NCBI GenBank assembly: GCA_050287845.1
Contig: JBNKCR010000025.1
Span: 32,001 to 96,000, forward strand
DNA from: Polyangia bacterium
Lineage (GTDB): Bacteria; Myxococcota_A; Polyangia; JAAYKL01
Direction of reading: 5' to 3'
Length of the DNA: 64,000 nt
Position numbers and translations under genes: made by a program. A model generated the notes under the pieces. It had not been told where the DNA came from, ran no database searches, and saw only the letters and a program-made list of their open reading frames with translations. Of this stretch, positions 1 to 10,400 are shown one piece after another (position 1 is the stretch's first letter; each line of letters opens with the position of its first letter).

Positions 1-20
1 CGAACGATAAAACAGGCGAC

Positions 21-1322
21 GTGGCGGGAAGCAAGTCCGATATTATTGCCCAGCTGCAGCGCCGGATGGAGAAGATTCAGCAACAGCCGGTAAAGGTATT
101 TGGTACCAGAAACCGGAAACCCCGAATAAATTCAGATTGGCCAGCGCCTGAAGATGTGCCGGAGACGGAGATTCCGAACGAGGCGAAAGCCCCGAAAGAT
201 TCGCTGACGATTCAGCCGGAAGCCCTGTTGCCCGGGGGCGTGCTGGATACGGAAATGGGAGAAATCTGGCAACACCGGAAAACGTATCCCGGATACTTTC
301 ACGGCAATGCCCCGGTGAATCGGTTTTTATCAGTGGGCCCGGCCATGGGCGTATTTGCCAAAGACAATCGATTGTCCGCCATGCCGCCGGAGGGGGCGCT
401 CTTCATCGATACGGAAACCACCGGCCTGAGCAGTGGCGCGGGTACCCTGGCTTTTTTGATTGGCTGTGGTTTTTTTGAAGATGGCGTGTTTGTGGTGGAG
501 CAGTATTTCTGTCGGGAACCGGCGGAGGAGCCGGCACAGCTGGCCGCATTGGCCAACCGGCTGGCGAGTGCGACGTATCTGGTATCGTTCAATGGAAAGG
601 CGTTTGACATTCCGCTCATCAACACCCGATTTATTCTCAACCGAACAAAGAATCCGGCATACAACCTGCCTCATCTGGATTTGCTTCACGTGTGCCGGCG
701 TATTTTCAAAAGACGGCTCAACGATCGCTCGCTGCAGAATCTGGAAAGGGTGCTGCTGGGATTCACACGTGAGGGAGATATTCCCGGAGCGTTGATTCCC
801 GAAGCGTATCGGGACTATCTTTTCGGCCATGGCGAAGACCGGATTGCGGCCATTCTGGAACACAACCAGCTCGACATCGTGGCGCTGGCTGCCCTGGGGG
901 GCATGCTCGACGAAATTTACAATGACCCCCGTGCGGTGGCTCATGCGGCCGACCATCTGGGCCTGGCCAAAGAAGCCTTTGGCGCCGGTGAAACGTTTAT
1001 TGGCGACTGGCATCTGAATGCCGCCGACGATGTAGGAATGGCGGACGACCGGAAAGTTGCGTTGCACATGAAAGCCAGGGAGACGCTCCGGCGCAGGCAG
1101 TATTCGCAGGCGGCAACGCTGTACCACGAAATTCTCGGGATGGATGAGGCCGATAGCCTGGCGCATCTGCAACTGGCCAAACTGTACGAGCATCGTCTGA
1201 AAGACTACGACCGGGCCCTGCATCATGCAGGGGCAGTGACCGATTTGGAAGGCGACGATGCAACGGACCATCGCATGAAACGCATTGAAAAAAAGAGGAG
1301 TAAAAATGCCGGACGCAAGTAA
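21..1322 (+). CDS. YprB-like RNase H-fold exonuclease with C-terminal TPR-like repeats
   Basis: FIDTETTGL, SFNGKAFD, HLDLLH and HNQLD acidic exonuclease motifs; helical C-terminus (LAKLYEHRLKDY). Confidence 0.85.
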   Translation: MAGSKSDIIAQLQRRMEKIQQQPVKVFGTRNRKPRINSDWPAPEDVPETEIPNEAKAPKDSLTIQPEALLPGGVLDTEMGEIWQHRKTYPGYFHGNAPVNRFLSVGPAMGVFAKDNRLSAMPPEGALFIDTETTGLSSGAGTLAFLIGCGFFEDGVFVVEQYFCREPAEEPAQLAALANRLASATYLVSFNGKAFDIPLINTRFILNRTKNPAYNLPHLDLLHVCRRIFKRRLNDRSLQNLERVLLGFTREGDIPGALIPEAYRDYLFGHGEDRIAAILEHNQLDIVALAALGGMLDEIYNDPRAVAHAADHLGLAKEAFGAGETFIGDWHLNAADDVGMADDRKVALHMKARETLRRRQYSQAATLYHEILGMDEADSLAHLQLAKLYEHRLKDYDRALHHAGAVTDLEGDDATDHRMKRIEKKRSKNAGRK

Positions 1323-2310
1323 CGGACGGAACAGAACAGACGGCGCGTTTCCGGGAATACCGGTGGTCATATCTGTCCTGATAATCATCGCCTGCGGCAG
1401 AGACGGGAATGCGGCGGGTGCAAAAACGCCGAAGCCGGAATCCCCCATTGAATCGCCGGCGACCCCGGATAAAACGTCGACAACTGTATTTGCGGATACC
1501 AGAGTTGTTTTTTTTGAATGGTGTCCCACCACGGGATTTCATGGTTCCTATTCGCTCAGTGAGCAGGCGGATCAGCATCGCATAGTGATTCCGGCTGGGA
1601 TACAGAAAGGGAAGTCGTACCCGGTGGTCATCGGGTTTCACGGGCAGCCCAGACGGGGAAAAGACCCCAGAGACTACATGTTCATGGCGCCGGTCCAGCG
1701 CACAGTGCTTCGGCTGGTGGAATCCGGGGACATTGAGCCGGTCATTCTGGTGATGCCGGTGTTTCGTTTTCTGGGGACCAATTGGCCCCGGTTCAATCCG
1801 CGTCTGTTTCAGAAAAAAGTGATGGAATTGTTGGCCCAGGAGGGGATTGAAGCCAGAGAATGGTACGCGTTTGGCTATTCCGGCGCCGCGGGATGCGGGG
1901 GCGACGGGTTGAATCAGATTCATGGGATTTCTCCCGACGGGGTGGGATTTTTCGATACCTGTCTTGGGGAAAGCTGGCAACTGGAGGTGAAACAGCTGCA
2001 GAAGGCGGGGGTGAAAACCTTCAACATTCACTCGGTGGAAACCGCCGGATTCAAACCGAAGCAGCGGCCGGAATACCAGGCAAATTTCGATTTTGGAAGG
2101 GCATATGCGCCCCTTGGCATTGAACCGGTACCCTGTCCGAAGGTTCATCCGGGGGCCAGACTGAGAAAGCTCCCCTACCGTTGCAGCGCCACCAGCGATG
2201 GCCTGATTCAGAGTTTCGTGGTGGATACCGGCGAAGGCGAAGCGGCCCACAAAGCCATTCTGGAGCCGGCCATTACCTACTTTCTGAAGTATTTTCTCGC
2301 TGTGAAATAA
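1306..2310 (+). CDS. Putative lipoprotein, alpha/beta-hydrolase-like
   Basis: GAGGAG RBS before ATG 1306; hydrophobic stretch then IIAC; YPVVIGFHG and FGYSGA elbow-like motifs. Confidence 0.55.
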   Translation: MPDASNGRNRTDGAFPGIPVVISVLIIIACGRDGNAAGAKTPKPESPIESPATPDKTSTTVFADTRVVFFEWCPTTGFHGSYSLSEQADQHRIVIPAGIQKGKSYPVVIGFHGQPRRGKDPRDYMFMAPVQRTVLRLVESGDIEPVILVMPVFRFLGTNWPRFNPRLFQKKVMELLAQEGIEAREWYAFGYSGAAGCGGDGLNQIHGISPDGVGFFDTCLGESWQLEVKQLQKAGVKTFNIHSVETAGFKPKQRPEYQANFDFGRAYAPLGIEPVPCPKVHPGARLRKLPYRCSATSDGLIQSFVVDTGEGEAAHKAILEPAITYFLKYFLAVK

Positions 2311-2432
2311 ATTCCCCTGAAACATACACCTATATTGTAAATACATTTTGACGCTTCATTTGAGGTGCACAGGATATATTTACCGAATATTCATGCCCAT
2401 TGCGGCATTGGAATCGTCGTAACGACCATCGG

Positions 2433-3374
2433 TCACGGACAGAAGGTGACCTGTTCATCGAGATCGTAATTCTTCTGAATGGTGGAGAACCCCGCAGTGC
2501 TCGGGTGGGTGCAGATGGTGTTCATATTGCCACTGTACTCCGTATGAAATACCGCCTTGCCGGCGTCGATGAAAACGGAGAGCACATCGCATTCGTTCCA
2601 TTCGAAACATTCCTCATTCAATGCCCAGTCAAAGTCTGATACCAGCTGGTTCACCTGATCGAGGTCATTTTTAAGTCCGATGGACAATCCCCTGGTGTGG
2701 GCTTCGCTTGCCAGGAACCGATTGAAGTCCAGCTGCTGGGTCCCGGTGAGGCCAATGCCGTTGGCGTTGGCGTAACCATCCACATTGTCGGGTTCCACAC
2801 CATCGCATCCCTTTTCGACGGCCACATCCAATCGGGAGCGCATCAGTTCTCTCACCTTTGTGGCGGACACGTCCAACCAGTATTCCCCCTCCCATCCATC
2901 CAGGGGACTGCCAATCCAGTCGTCCGTTCCCGGACGCCACGACGCCGTATCCCCCCGCCAGTCTTCATACGAACCCGCCGAAAAGTAACAGACCACTTTT
3001 CGACCGGCGTCCTTGAGGGCCAGAATGGTTTCTTTCGGGGTGTCAAACAGATCAATGTCGTACATCTCCACATCATAGGAAGAATCCAGGGTTCCCGAAA
3101 GCTGCCATTGCCAGGTAGTCCCGGGAACCGGTTGCCAGATGTGAACAGCAGCATCAGTACCGGAATCGGTGCCCGTATCGCCGGCCGTCTCCGAATCGAT
3201 CGAGGAATCACTGTCTGTCTGCGTGGCAAAATCCGTTGCCGCAGCGGTTCCAGTATCCGTTCCATCCGTTCCTGTATCGGTGTCCGCCGCTGTTCCTGCA
3301 TCCCCGGCATCGGAGGATTCGGAGCCACACCCCAGCATCCCCACGATCAGTACTATCCATTGCCAATGTTTCAT
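2433..3374 (-). CDS. GH114-family endo-alpha-1,4-polygalactosaminidase-like lipoprotein
   Basis: MLGC lipobox, D/T-rich linker, TWQWQL, CYFSAGSYE, DGVEPDN, GLKND, ALNEEC motifs. Confidence 0.85.
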   Translation of the reverse strand: MKHWQWIVLIVGMLGCGSESSDAGDAGTAADTDTGTDGTDTGTAAATDFATQTDSDSSIDSETAGDTGTDSGTDAAVHIWQPVPGTTWQWQLSGTLDSSYDVEMYDIDLFDTPKETILALKDAGRKVVCYFSAGSYEDWRGDTASWRPGTDDWIGSPLDGWEGEYWLDVSATKVRELMRSRLDVAVEKGCDGVEPDNVDGYANANGIGLTGTQQLDFNRFLASEAHTRGLSIGLKNDLDQVNQLVSDFDWALNEECFEWNECDVLSVFIDAGKAVFHTEYSGNMNTICTHPSTAGFSTIQKNYDLDEQVTFCP

Positions 3375-3525
3375 TCACACCTCCTCCGCGCACTTTTTTC
3401 GTGACGCGCCAGCACTCATTGTTGGCAGAAAATCCGTATTACTATACCCGACGCTGCAGATGCCGGCATATAAATCTGGATATATTAACTACTTCGCGCT
3501 TAAATGGAACTCCCCGATATTGAGA

Positions 3526-3556
3526 TTGACAGCCGCTGGCCCTTTCTGATATTCAC
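3526..3556 (+). promoter_or_regulatory. Putative sigma70-type promoter of the uptake/salvage operon
   Basis: TTGACA (3526-3531), 15 nt, TGATATTCAC, ending 4 nt before the riboswitch. Confidence 0.6.
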
Positions 3557-3560
3557 GCCG

Positions 3561-3772
3561 CGTTGCCGGTGGAGTTGTTATGAATATCAATTTCATACGC
3601 TCCTGAAAATGGGAACCTGGTGAGAATCCGGGACTGCCCCGCAGCGGTAAGTGGGAACGAAAACTGTCATTAAGCACTGGGTCATAGTGACCTGGGAAGC
3701 GACGGTGAGTAGGCACAGGGTGTGATGCCCTTTTCAATTTATGCCCACAAGTCCGAAGACCTGCCGGAAACG
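3561..3772 (+). promoter_or_regulatory. Cobalamin riboswitch
   Basis: GGGAACCTGGTGAGAATCCGGGACTGCCCCGCAGCGGTAA core, CACTGGG..CCTGGGAAG stem, B12 box AAGTCCGAAGACCTGCCGG; lies upstream of a BtuB-like gene. Confidence 0.93.
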
Positions 3773-3955
3773 ATAACTGTTTGCCAGACCTTCGAGGGAG
3801 AGGACGGCGAAAATGATCAACAATCGTTTTCCTGAAAAAATATCTTTCGCAGCAATAATACCTGCGGCTCCGCTGAGAGTCCTCTGTTGTCTGGCATATC
3901 CCATTGATTGCGTTATCCATCACGCAATCTTGCCACCAACGGAGAACGCAACGCT

Positions 3956-6136
3956 GTGCAACGTTTGATTCCGATTTCGATTCCGCTGATTGCCTGGTCA
4001 ATGTTTCCCATTTGCGCCTCTGCCTTTGAGAATGATGGCGCACCTGAAGACATGAACGAGGATGTAGCGACCGTCACCGAAGACATTATCGTGGTTGGCG
4101 ATGGCGGAGACGGTTTCACCGATGACTTTGACAATTGGGACAGCATTTCTGAATTTGCTGAAGAAGATCTGATATTCGAAACAAAAGTCAGAGACTTTCA
4201 AATTCATCATACCGACGAGGTCACGGGATTTGCCGAAACGATTGATGTAACCGAAGAAAGCAAAGGCGTTACAGACCTGTCAGAAGTGCTTTCAAATTCC
4301 GTGGGCGTTCAGGTGCGCAGTATGGGCGGGCTCGGTTCGTATGGCGCGGCAAGTATTCGCGGCTCAACCCCAAATCAGGTGCCGGTTTTTCTGGATAATG
4401 TGCAGCTCAATACCGGGGGATTCTCTGCTGTGAATCTGGGCGACTTTTCTCTTGACGTGCTTGATTCGATTGAAGTGTACAGAGGCAGTACTCCCCTTGC
4501 CCCTGGAACGGGCGGTATTGGTGGCGCCATTGTGTTGCACACACGCGTCCTCAAAGAGCCGGTCATCGAAGTCGCTGGTAGCTATGGTTCATGGAATACC
4601 TGGCGGGGATTCGGGCTCTGGGGTGATTCGGTTGGAAAAACAGATGTGCTGACCATTGCCTCAGTACAGCATTCGGATGGAGACTTCTGGTATTTCAATC
4701 AGCAGGGCACTTTCAGGAATCCGGACGATGATGTGTTTCAGTACCGTACGAACAATGACCACACTGCGTATTCCACAATGCTTAAGTTACGGCGTGATGT
4801 GGGCCATTGGAACGTCACAGCAATGGACCATTTTTACCATAGCGAATTGGGGCTCGCTGGTCTGGACTCGTTTGCCGGGCGAAGCAATGCCAGAATGTAC
4901 ACCATTCGAAACAGTGCCCATTTCCAGTTTGAGCGACCGGCTGGCAATAAATCCAAAATTGATTTGGGGGTTTCGTACCTGCTGTTATGGGAGCTATTTG
5001 ATGATCGGGACGGACTCATCGGCACCGGCCACCAGGATCACAAATACCGCACCGATGGTCTTGGCGGATCCGCGCTGTTAAAAACCGAATACAGCGACAT
5101 GCACAGCACGGTTTTCCGAATCGCAAGCCGGTTTGAAAGATACGGTGAGTTTCGCAAGGGAAGATCACTGGAAGACCAGCAGAGTCCAACCTATAGAGTG
5201 AAAACAGAAATGGGGGGGGAATACGATTTTCATCCATGGTCACCATTTCATGTTGTTCCAACGCTGCGGGGAGAACTGCTGTATTCGTATTTTGGAGGTG
5301 GCCGCATCACGTCTTATGTGGATGAATTTGAGGCCACAGACAAAACGGACTTTTACTTTTCGCCGTCGATTGGGGCGCGGTACGAACCTGTAAAGGGGTT
5401 GCAATGGAGAGCCAATGGCGGGCGATATGTGCGCACCCCGGATTTGACAGAACTGTTTGGGGACAGAGGCGCGGTGATTGGCAATCCTGATCTTGTTGCG
5501 GAGTCGGGATACAACATGGATGTCGGTGTGACATGGAAGCATATTGGAGAATCCGTTCTGGATTGTTGGCGTCTGGATGCGGTCTGGTTTGTCAACTGGG
5601 TGGATGACCTGATTTCTCTGGAACAAAACTCTCAGAGTACCTCTCGTCCGGTAAATGTGGGCAAAGCGCGAATTCGGGGGGTTGAGCTGGCATTCAACGT
5701 GACGATGGCGGACCTGATAACGTTTACGGGAAACTACACCCTGTTTCAGGGCGTCGACAAAACGGGATTGCCACAGTACGACGGGAAGAAACTGCCGGTA
5801 CGCCCCACCCATGAAATGTATGGGTGCATCAAACTTGAAAAGAAACTGGGCCCCATCGTCCTGGGGGGATGGTTCGATGCGGACTATGCTGGAAAAGCAT
5901 ATCTGGGCAGGTACAACAACGAAAACTATGTCTCAAAGCATTATCACCTCGGGATTGGCAGCCGCGTTGCGCATCCGGGGTCCGGGTTAACCTTTACCTT
6001 TGAAATTAAAAATATTTTGGACAAATTGCGGTTTAAAAACGATGACGGCGACTGGCGTGCCATGACCGACTACGGGCGGTATCCGCTTCCGGGTCGCACA
6101 CTCATGGCAACGTTGCATTGGAAATTACCCAGATAG
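3956..6136 (+). CDS. btuB: TonB-dependent receptor, probable corrinoid transporter (BtuB-like)
   Basis: Plug motifs SIRGS and IEVYRG, GNPDLVAE, YPLPGR near the C-terminus; follows the riboswitch; start set at GTG 3956 (GGAG upstream, signal peptide); ORF track starts at 3908. Confidence 0.8.
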   Translation: MQRLIPISIPLIAWSMFPICASAFENDGAPEDMNEDVATVTEDIIVVGDGGDGFTDDFDNWDSISEFAEEDLIFETKVRDFQIHHTDEVTGFAETIDVTEESKGVTDLSEVLSNSVGVQVRSMGGLGSYGAASIRGSTPNQVPVFLDNVQLNTGGFSAVNLGDFSLDVLDSIEVYRGSTPLAPGTGGIGGAIVLHTRVLKEPVIEVAGSYGSWNTWRGFGLWGDSVGKTDVLTIASVQHSDGDFWYFNQQGTFRNPDDDVFQYRTNNDHTAYSTMLKLRRDVGHWNVTAMDHFYHSELGLAGLDSFAGRSNARMYTIRNSAHFQFERPAGNKSKIDLGVSYLLLWELFDDRDGLIGTGHQDHKYRTDGLGGSALLKTEYSDMHSTVFRIASRFERYGEFRKGRSLEDQQSPTYRVKTEMGGEYDFHPWSPFHVVPTLRGELLYSYFGGGRITSYVDEFEATDKTDFYFSPSIGARYEPVKGLQWRANGGRYVRTPDLTELFGDRGAVIGNPDLVAESGYNMDVGVTWKHIGESVLDCWRLDAVWFVNWVDDLISLEQNSQSTSRPVNVGKARIRGVELAFNVTMADLITFTGNYTLFQGVDKTGLPQYDGKKLPVRPTHEMYGCIKLEKKLGPIVLGGWFDADYAGKAYLGRYNNENYVSKHYHLGIGSRVAHPGSGLTFTFEIKNILDKLRFKNDDGDWRAMTDYGRYPLPGRTLMATLHWKLPR

Positions 6137-6158
6137 TGTCTGGGCTGACATTTCCATT

Positions 6159-6180
6159 CAGGGAGATTCCAGGGAGATTC
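6159..6180. repeat. 11-bp perfect tandem duplication CAGGGAGATTC x2
   Basis: Read directly in the intergenic region. Confidence 0.9.
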
Positions 6181-6183
6181 TAA

Positions 6184-7455
6184 ATGATAAAAAAACAAAG
6201 AGAAAAAGTAACGGGCGGACAGCGAACAATGCACCTGTGGTTGCCAATTACGATCCTGACATGCGGCCTTGCTTCAGCGTCCTGTGATGACGATGAAAAC
6301 GACCCAGCTGATACAGCCAGTACGGATACTGCTACAGGCGGTGATAGTACGACAGGCAGTGACAGTGCGACAGGCAGTGACAGTACTACAACCGACACGA
6401 GTAGCGATACAGATTCCGATACCGGCGTTGTTGCCAAACCGGCTACCGGTGTTCTGGTGATTACCACAGATTACCAGACTGGCGCATATTCAACCGTATC
6501 ACTCAATGGCAAGGTCGTGACCCAAGACGTGGACATCATTCACTCCGATGCGGTTTGCCATGTGGATGGCGCTACCGGTACGCCTTTTATTTTGCAACGG
6601 CTGAGTGCGGACGCGGTGGATGTGTTGAATCCCACAAATTTTGCTATCACAAAAGAGTTTTCGGTTGAACCGTCTTCGAATCCCCACGACATCGAGCTGG
6701 TTGCGGCTGATAAGGCCTATGTCACTCGCTTTGGATCGCCTCTGATACTTATTATCAATCCCACAACTGGCGCTCAGACAGATACGGTGGATGTAAGCGC
6801 GCTGGCGGACGCAGATGGCATTCCAGAGATTTCCGGAATGGTGAACATGAAAGGCAAACTGTACGTGACGGTATCCCGGCTGGACAGGGACAATGGATGG
6901 GAACCCGTAGGCGACAGTTATATTGTTTTCATAGACGCAGCAACCGGCGCCGTGGAAGGGAACGTAAAAGTTCAGGGAACAAATATTGTGGGGCAGCCGG
7001 AATGGTCTGCCGCTTTAGGCAAATTCGTTATCTCACAGGTGGGTTCATATGGCACTCTGGCAGATGGCGGTGTGCAGCTACTCGATCCGGCGACCAATAC
7101 CCTCGGCGCGTTTGTCATTACCGAAGCAACCCTGGGCGGTAGTTTGAACAAAGTGGTGTGCGCAACGGAAACCAAGTGTTTTGCCATTATCGGCGTTACC
7201 GGCGACAGCGGCAGCAATACGCATCTGGTTGAGTTCAATCCCCAGACAGGTACAGTAACCGGCACCCTTGCCGCAGGGTCTGGCTGGATGTACGGCGATA
7301 TCGCGTTGAATGACGACAACAGTGAACTGTGGCTCGCCGACCGAACAGCTGATGCATCGGGACTCCGCATTTTTAATGTGGCAACAAGCACAGAAAAAAC
7401 AACCGCGCCAATAAATGTTGGATTGCCGCCGAGCGACATCTGTTTCACCAGGTAG
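6184..7455 (+). CDS. Lipoprotein with beta-propeller (YncE/BtuG-like), putative corrinoid-binding
   Basis: ASC lipobox (alternative start 6229), D/S/T tether, blade repeats NPHDIE, KAYVT, KLYVT, PSDICF. Confidence 0.65.
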   Translation: MIKKQREKVTGGQRTMHLWLPITILTCGLASASCDDDENDPADTASTDTATGGDSTTGSDSATGSDSTTTDTSSDTDSDTGVVAKPATGVLVITTDYQTGAYSTVSLNGKVVTQDVDIIHSDAVCHVDGATGTPFILQRLSADAVDVLNPTNFAITKEFSVEPSSNPHDIELVAADKAYVTRFGSPLILIINPTTGAQTDTVDVSALADADGIPEISGMVNMKGKLYVTVSRLDRDNGWEPVGDSYIVFIDAATGAVEGNVKVQGTNIVGQPEWSAALGKFVISQVGSYGTLADGGVQLLDPATNTLGAFVITEATLGGSLNKVVCATETKCFAIIGVTGDSGSNTHLVEFNPQTGTVTGTLAAGSGWMYGDIALNDDNSELWLADRTADASGLRIFNVATSTEKTTAPINVGLPPSDICFTR

Positions 7456-7490
7456 GAGGACGCGAACATTTCGATTGTAACAACAACCGC

Positions 7491-10400
7491 ATGAGTGAAG
7501 AGGCACTAATGAAAGCTATTTTCGTATTTTCCCATCCCACATTGTTCCCAGTTTGGGACCGAACAGTTGCAGACCTGCAGCAGCAGGGCATCACAGCAGT
7601 AGTTACCAGTCAAATGGCAGATATGGATTGGGAAACATTTGCTGTTGAAGAGATAGCGGGCGCTGATGCAGTGTACCTGAATTTGAGCGGGCACTTTCCC
7701 AGTTTCAAGACACTCATCGCGGCAGCGAAAGGTCCGCCGGTTGTGGTTCCCGGGGGCGCAGAAACAATCGCAGCCATGACTGGTCAAGGCATCGTGAATG
7801 GTGATCTGTCTTTTGGGGCTGCCATTGAGGGATATATAAAATCGGGCAGTGCGTCAGATTTGGCCAACGCCGTAAAGCTTTTGCTGCACCATGCCAAAAA
7901 ATTGAGAGATGCGCCTCCAAAGCCAATAGAACCGGTGCTTTGTGGCATCTTCGACGAAAAGTCGAATCAGCTGCAAGAGGATGTAGCGGGTGCTATTGAG
8001 GATAAGCGGCAGTCGGTTGTTGCCCTGTGTTTTGGCCGCAGTCTCTATGTGGAAGACGACATGGCGCTGCCGGCTTTTGCCGCGAGAGCCCTTGAAAAAA
8101 AAGGCTTTTTTCCTCTGCTGATATTTTGTGACTGGGAACTGGCCACACAGTTTGGAAAAAGTGACACTCACCCCCTTCACCGCATCCTTTCAGCCTGCGG
8201 CGGTCAGCTTACCTGCATATGGAATGGACTGTTTTCTCATACCGGGGCGCATGAAGATAACATTTCCCCATTTGAACAGTTTGGTGTGCCGGTGTTTCAG
8301 GTGATTCGCAACTACAGCAGTACCGCTGAAGGATGGGCGCAAAGTTCAGACGGACTTTCACCCATGTCAGTTTGTTACAGCCTGACCCAACCGGAAATGC
8401 TGGGTTGTATTGAGCCCACAGTGCTGGCCTGCAATCAGCAAAAAGAGTCAAAACGGGTTTCCGGCAAAGTGAATCTGGCGGATGTGGTTGAAGACCGCGT
8501 GGAAACGCTGGCCGAACGCACCATGCGTTGGCACATTCTTTCCTGCAACGCGCCCACAGAAAAACGGGTGGCCATCATGTTGCATAATTCTCCCTGCAAA
8601 AGTGTCGAAGCCACTCTGGCAAGCGCCGCCGGGCTGGATGCCGCAGAAAGCGCGGTGCGTTTAATGCGTCGCCTGGGGCAGGTTGGGTATCGGGTGGATG
8701 ATATTCCCGAGAGTGGTCAGGCGCTTATCGAACTGTTTCTTGAAAGAAAAGCCTTTTCAGAGTTTCGCTGGACCGCAGTGGATGAAATCGTGCGGAAGAA
8801 TGGCGCTCTGGCTTTTGTGGATGCCGCGGAATACAATGATGATTTTTTAAAGTTGGATGTTGAAGTGCAGGCAGCGGTCAATGACGCATGGGGAGCATTT
8901 CCCGCTGAAGCGATGGTGCATTCCGATGAAACAGGGGCGCCATCCCTGGTGATTACCGGTATTGAATTTGGAAATATTCTGGTGATGATTGACCCCAAAC
9001 GAGGTTGTTATGGTCCCAAATGCGATGGGGAGGTGTGCCGTATTTTGCATCAGCCCGATATTCCACCTACTCATCATTTTCTGGCGACGTACTTTTATTT
9101 GCAAAAACACGTGGATGCCATTGTTTCAATGGGCGCGGAAAGTTCGGTGGAATACCTGCCAGGCAAGCGGGCGGGGCTCAGTAAAAACTGTTATTCGGAA
9201 ATTGCCCTTGGAACCCTGCCGGTTATATATCCATACATTGTCACCGCCACAGGCGAAGGGCTGATTGCCAAACGGAGAGGCAGAGGAGTGCTCATCGATC
9301 ATCTGTCTCCCGCGAAGAAAAAAGTGAGCGATTTTTCCAGTCGTCTGGACGAAATTGAAGATCTTCATCGGCAGGTACTGGCGGCAAGCACGGTGAACGA
9401 CAAAATGCGGCTTGGTAAAGCAGAAGAGCAGTTGCGACAGAAGTGTGTGCTGTCTAATCTGCTGCCGCCGGAACAGGACGAACAGGAGTTTAAAACTTTT
9501 TTTGAAATGCTGCCCGCCAAACTGTCCAGGCTACGAAATCGCAAGGTGGATGGCAAATCCCATGTCATGGGGCAAATTCCGGACGATGAAGCACGATTGC
9601 TTTATGAAGCCGAAGTTGAACAGTTCAGCAACACCGATTGGAACCGGGAATTATTCCACACATCCCTTGGCCGGACTGAAAATGAATTACACAGCGTTAT
9701 ACACGCGCTGGAGGGGAGGTTCATTGCCCCCGGCCCCAGTGGGCATTTGTCCCGGGGCAAAGTGGACACTGTTCCCACCGGCCGAAACTTCTATGGGCTT
9801 GACTTAAAAACAGTACCCACTCGCACCGCATGGGATGTGGGACATCTGATGGGAGAGCAATTACTGCAAAAGTATCTTAAGGAAGAAAATCGTTTCCCCA
9901 AAGCCATTGGCATTACCCTGTGGTCCAGCGATGTGTTTCGCTCCGAGGGGGAGTTAATCAGTCAGATACTTTGGCTCCTTGGTTGTGAACCACAGTGGAT
10001 GTCGGGTGGCAAGGTGAAAGGGATTCGTCCCCTTGCCCAGGATGAGCTCACCATGGAAGGTATTGATGGCAAAAAGATTTCGCGTCCCAGAATTGATGTT
10101 CTGGTGCAGATGAGCGGCGTGGTGCGGGACACGCTGCCGGTCTTTTATCAGATGTTGGATAGCGCTGTATTAAAAGTGTCTGAATTGGATGAATCCGATG
10201 ACGTGAATTTTGTTCGCGCACACATCCAGAAACAGCTCGCTGAATTACAGAATACCGTGGCCTCTGAAGAACTGCCGTTTCTCAAAAAGATGGCGGCAAA
10301 GCGGGTGTTCTCTTCGAAGCCGGGCAGCTACGGCGTCGGTGTCAATCTGGCGATTGATGCCGCCGCCTGGCAGGATGACGCGGATTTGGCGGAAGCGTTC

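Noticed and set aside
8095..8102. A8 run (A_AAA_AAA) in the first cobN as a recoding or phase-variation site
   Set aside because: Similar A/T runs are common across the window and the ORF is intact.
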